64,000 nucleotides of DNA from Flectonema sp. DT1601 (Eukaryota). Positions 61,434 through 64,000 of this stretch are shown here, one piece after another (the stretch's first letter is position 1; every line of letters starts with the position of its first letter). Where the stretch lies: positions 992,001-1,056,000 of the forward strand of contig OZ025798.1 in the NCBI GenBank assembly GCA_964019425.1, read 5' to 3'. The notes under the pieces are model-generated. The model was not told the origin of the DNA and did no database searches. It worked only from the letters and a program-made list of their open reading frames with translations. A program made the translations under genes and the position numbers.

Positions 61434-61948
61434 ATGCCGCGTAGAATTGTAAAAGAGGCAACACCGCCACCAGATCAGGTGTGATATTAATTAATTATTC
61501 GGTTTAATATTCATCTCGAAAAACATAAAATAACAATCTAAAAAACAGGAGGAACTTGAAAAGAAGGAAGAAGAATCGTTTAAAACTGGTCCGTTCTCAC
61601 TTCTCACAGAGGCAGTGAAAGAACAGTGCCAAGTTTTAATAAATTGCAGGAATAATAAAAAGATTATCGCCAGAGTGAAGGCATTTGACAGGCATATGAA
61701 TCTGGTATTGGAAGGAGTGCAGGAAATATGGACTGAGGTGTGTATCTTTTTTTTTTTTTAAATTTTTTTTGTATCCCTTCCAATCAAAAATAAGTTCACT
61801 GAGCTCTAACAAAACAACAATACCACAGTTACCAAAACCTGGTAAAGGGAAGAAAAAATCGAAACCGAGAAATAAATTTCGATTTATGCAAAAGATGTTT
61901 CTGAGAGGAGATTCTGTAATTCTAGTCGTTAAGAACAGAGAGGGATAG
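61434..61948 (+). CDS. SNRPD2: Small nuclear ribonucleoprotein Sm D2 (117 aa), 3 exons; absent from the ORF track
   Basis: Exons 61434-61478, 61549-61737, 61829-61948 translate to ...[60 protein letters not shown]...[13 protein letters not shown]. Confidence 0.95.
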
Positions 61949-62004
61949 TCTGTACCGCAAGACTTATAAGACGATAGTCACTAAGCGCCCATCGTAAGGC
62001 AGAC

Positions 62005-62090
62005 ATAATGACAGCAGAAAGGAAATCAGATGAAATAATACCATCGTGAGGGTTTAAGTTATCCTTTAGTTATTCTGCCAACCTGATTTG
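62005..62090 (+). ncRNA. Box C/D snoRNA candidate downstream of SmD2
   Basis: D box CTGA 62083-62086, preceded after 1 nt by ATTCTGCCAA, complementary to LSU rRNA UUGGCAGAAU; C box imperfect (ATAATGA 62005 or CAGATGA 62027). Confidence 0.35.
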
Positions 62091-62368
62091 ATAGGTCAGC
62101 AATACCGATTTGCTGACGTTATTGAGTGTACCCTACTGCAGATACTTGTTGCTGACATTATTTCTTTAATAGGATATAATCATATTAAATAATTTGTCAT
62201 ATATTTTACAGGTGAGCTTTGTATTGTTGGATGCTGCTGTTGGAGAGTTTTTTTGTAAATGTTTTTTTATTACACATGTTTGTTTTCTCGCAGGAGCTCT
62301 CCCAACCAAAACCGGCCCCCGTAGCCTAAACACAGTTTCTGTGTTTTATTTAAAAAAAGTAAGAAAAG

Positions 62369-64000
62369 ATGTCAAACGCCGTGGAAAGTCTATTGCAGAG
62401 GCTCAACCTGCAGCAGTACACGTCGGTGTTTGAGGAGCAGAACATCACTAACCCGAAGATTTTGAAAAGTCTTTCTGATGAGGATTATGAAAAGATGATC
62501 CCAGATAATAGAGACAGAGAAATTCTTATCAAAGCGGTCAGCAGTGATTCTCACCAGAAAGGCGGAGGATTCCGTGAAGACCGTCGCGATTACTCCTACG
62601 GCGGGGGAGGTAAGGGAAAGGGCTTCGGAAAGGGAGGAAAGAAGGGCAAGAAGGGAGGAAAGAAGTACGGTGGAGGGTACAACAATGACATGTACGACAA
62701 CTTCAGTGGAGGAAAGGACTACGGCGGTAAAGGTTACGGAAAGGGAGGAGGTTACAAGGGTAACAGAGACAGACAGGACTTCAACAACTACGACGACGTC
62801 CCTACTGATGACGACCTCATGAAGGACGGAAAGGTATGTTCTTATTAATAAATTATAAATCATAATTATAATCTCTTAATATACTTCTTAATAATAAACA
62901 GGGAGGACCACAAGTACTTGAAGTTACCGTCACAATCCCATCATTCACTGTTCCATTCTTGTTAGCAAACAAGGCACAGAAGCTGAACAGTATCCATCAC
63001 AAGTACAGCACTACTAACAGTAGAATGAACAAACCTGAAAAGCCAAACACCTCAAAGGATGAAGATACCACATTCAGCTTATACGGACCAGTATGTCATT
63101 TTTTATTTAAATAGAACAAAGTGTTTAGGTTTCTGAGATGAAATATAAATTACAAACAGCCTGGTGATGTTGAACAAGCTAAGGCAGAAATTGAAAGACT
63201 TGTTGGTATTGAACGTCGTAACAAGTCTGAGATGAGATTTCAGGAAGCGTTGTTGGGAAGAACAAAGACAATCACTTCATTGTTGTACGCTCTTAACGAA
63301 CGTCGTGCAAACTTGGGGCTTGACACTGCACTTGCTTCAGAAACCATCCCAGAACACGTTTCCAAATATCTATTCTGTAACCCGTACGGACACATTAGAC
63401 AGTTTGTTATTAAGGTTCCAGAGAGATCAAGATCAAAGGTTGACATCATGGGTAAGATGCTTCACAAGGTTGCAAGTTGTCAAACTCTTGTGTTCTGCAG
63501 TAACGCTGAGCACATTGAGGACATTCTGTTGAAGAGAATTAAGCCTGAGCAATTGAGTGGATTACAACCACAGTTCGTGTACCCTGATTTACCAAAGGAC
63601 AAGAGAGCCAAGGTACTCGAAGAATTCGCAAAGGGTAAAGGTCCATTAGATAAGATTACTTACGTTAAGCGGAAGAACGAGGATGAGAAGGAGAAGACTG
63701 ACAGAAAGAACCTTGAGGACGAGTACGACATACAAGAAACCAACGTTGGAGGTTACGCTTCGGATAAGAACAGATTCTTAATCTCGACTGACGACTACGC
63801 GAGATTTGCGAGAAAGAATCCTATTCCTTACGTCAACCTCGTCTTCTGTTACGATTGTCCAAAGACTAAGGTATTTAATTTTAATGTTTTCTGTTCCAAT
63901 ACAAGTTAATAAATTGTCGACTTTCTAAAAACAACAACTACAGGAATCATACCTTCACAGAATTGCTTGCTGTGGAAGAGGAGGAAAGGCGGGTGTTGCA
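62369..64000 (+). CDS. SAM + Gly/Lys/Tyr-rich + degenerate KH + DEAD-box helicase C-terminal (RecA2) domain protein; 3'-truncated
   Basis: Exons 62369-62833, 62902-63090, 63160-63870, 63944->64000. SAM LQRLNLQQYTSVFEEQNI; KH VTIPSFTVPFLLANKA...LYGPPGDVEQAKAEIERL; QTLVFC, FLISTD, YLHRIACCGR. Confidence 0.8.

Noticed and set aside
62212..62293. 5'UTR cis-intron (GTGAGC...TTTTCTCGCAG)
   Set aside because: Cannot be told apart from alternative trans-splice acceptors at 62211 and 62293 without transcripts; if real it would be an exception to the A-rich acceptor rule
62390..62863. 157-aa minus-strand ORF, and other minus-strand ORFs overlapping genes
   Set aside because: Antisense shadows of codon-biased + strand CDSs; no recognisable motifs
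1..64000. tRNA, rRNA, SL RNA genes, autonomous transposons, alternative genetic code
   Set aside because: None recognised by eye; TAA, TAG and TGA all end genes and apparent ORF breaks are explained by introns. A tRNAscan/Rfam run is needed to exclude RNA genes fully

Overview
AT-rich eukaryotic genomic DNA read with the standard code. All 17 protein-coding genes I can support lie on the + strand, head to tail, including one nested gene; the first and last are cut by the window edges. I reconstructed 17 GT-AG introns by hand. The unidirectional cluster, pyrimidine-rich AG sites just upstream of most start codons, a GP63/leishmanolysin-like gene and fungal/trypanosomatid-type class III cyclase domains suggest a euglenozoan, most plausibly a diplonemid, with polycistronic transcription and SL trans-splicing (inference). 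Gene order: unknown Pro-rich/coiled-coil protein; secreted LpqC/PHB-depolymerase-like esterase with a PPR-like gene inside its intron 2; hormone-sensitive-lipase-like; coiled-coil protein; PHO80/U-type cyclin; a 10.5-kb non-coding tract; SAM-EDRF1; Pro/Gln-rich protein; penta-EF-hand protein with three tandem box C/D snoRNA-like units in its intron; soluble six-domain nucleotidyl cyclase; TRF4/PAPD5-like poly(A) polymerase; ~3160-aa pseudo-leishmanolysin; a ~1.8-1.9-kb tandem duplication; small basic orphan; DadA-like FAD oxidoreductase; TLC-domain protein; EF-hand protein; SmD2; SAM-KH-helicase-C protein. The most striking signals are the same-strand nested gene and a split between A-rich cis-intron acceptors and pyrimidine-rich acceptors in front of genes, which may let the cell tell cis- from trans-splicing.
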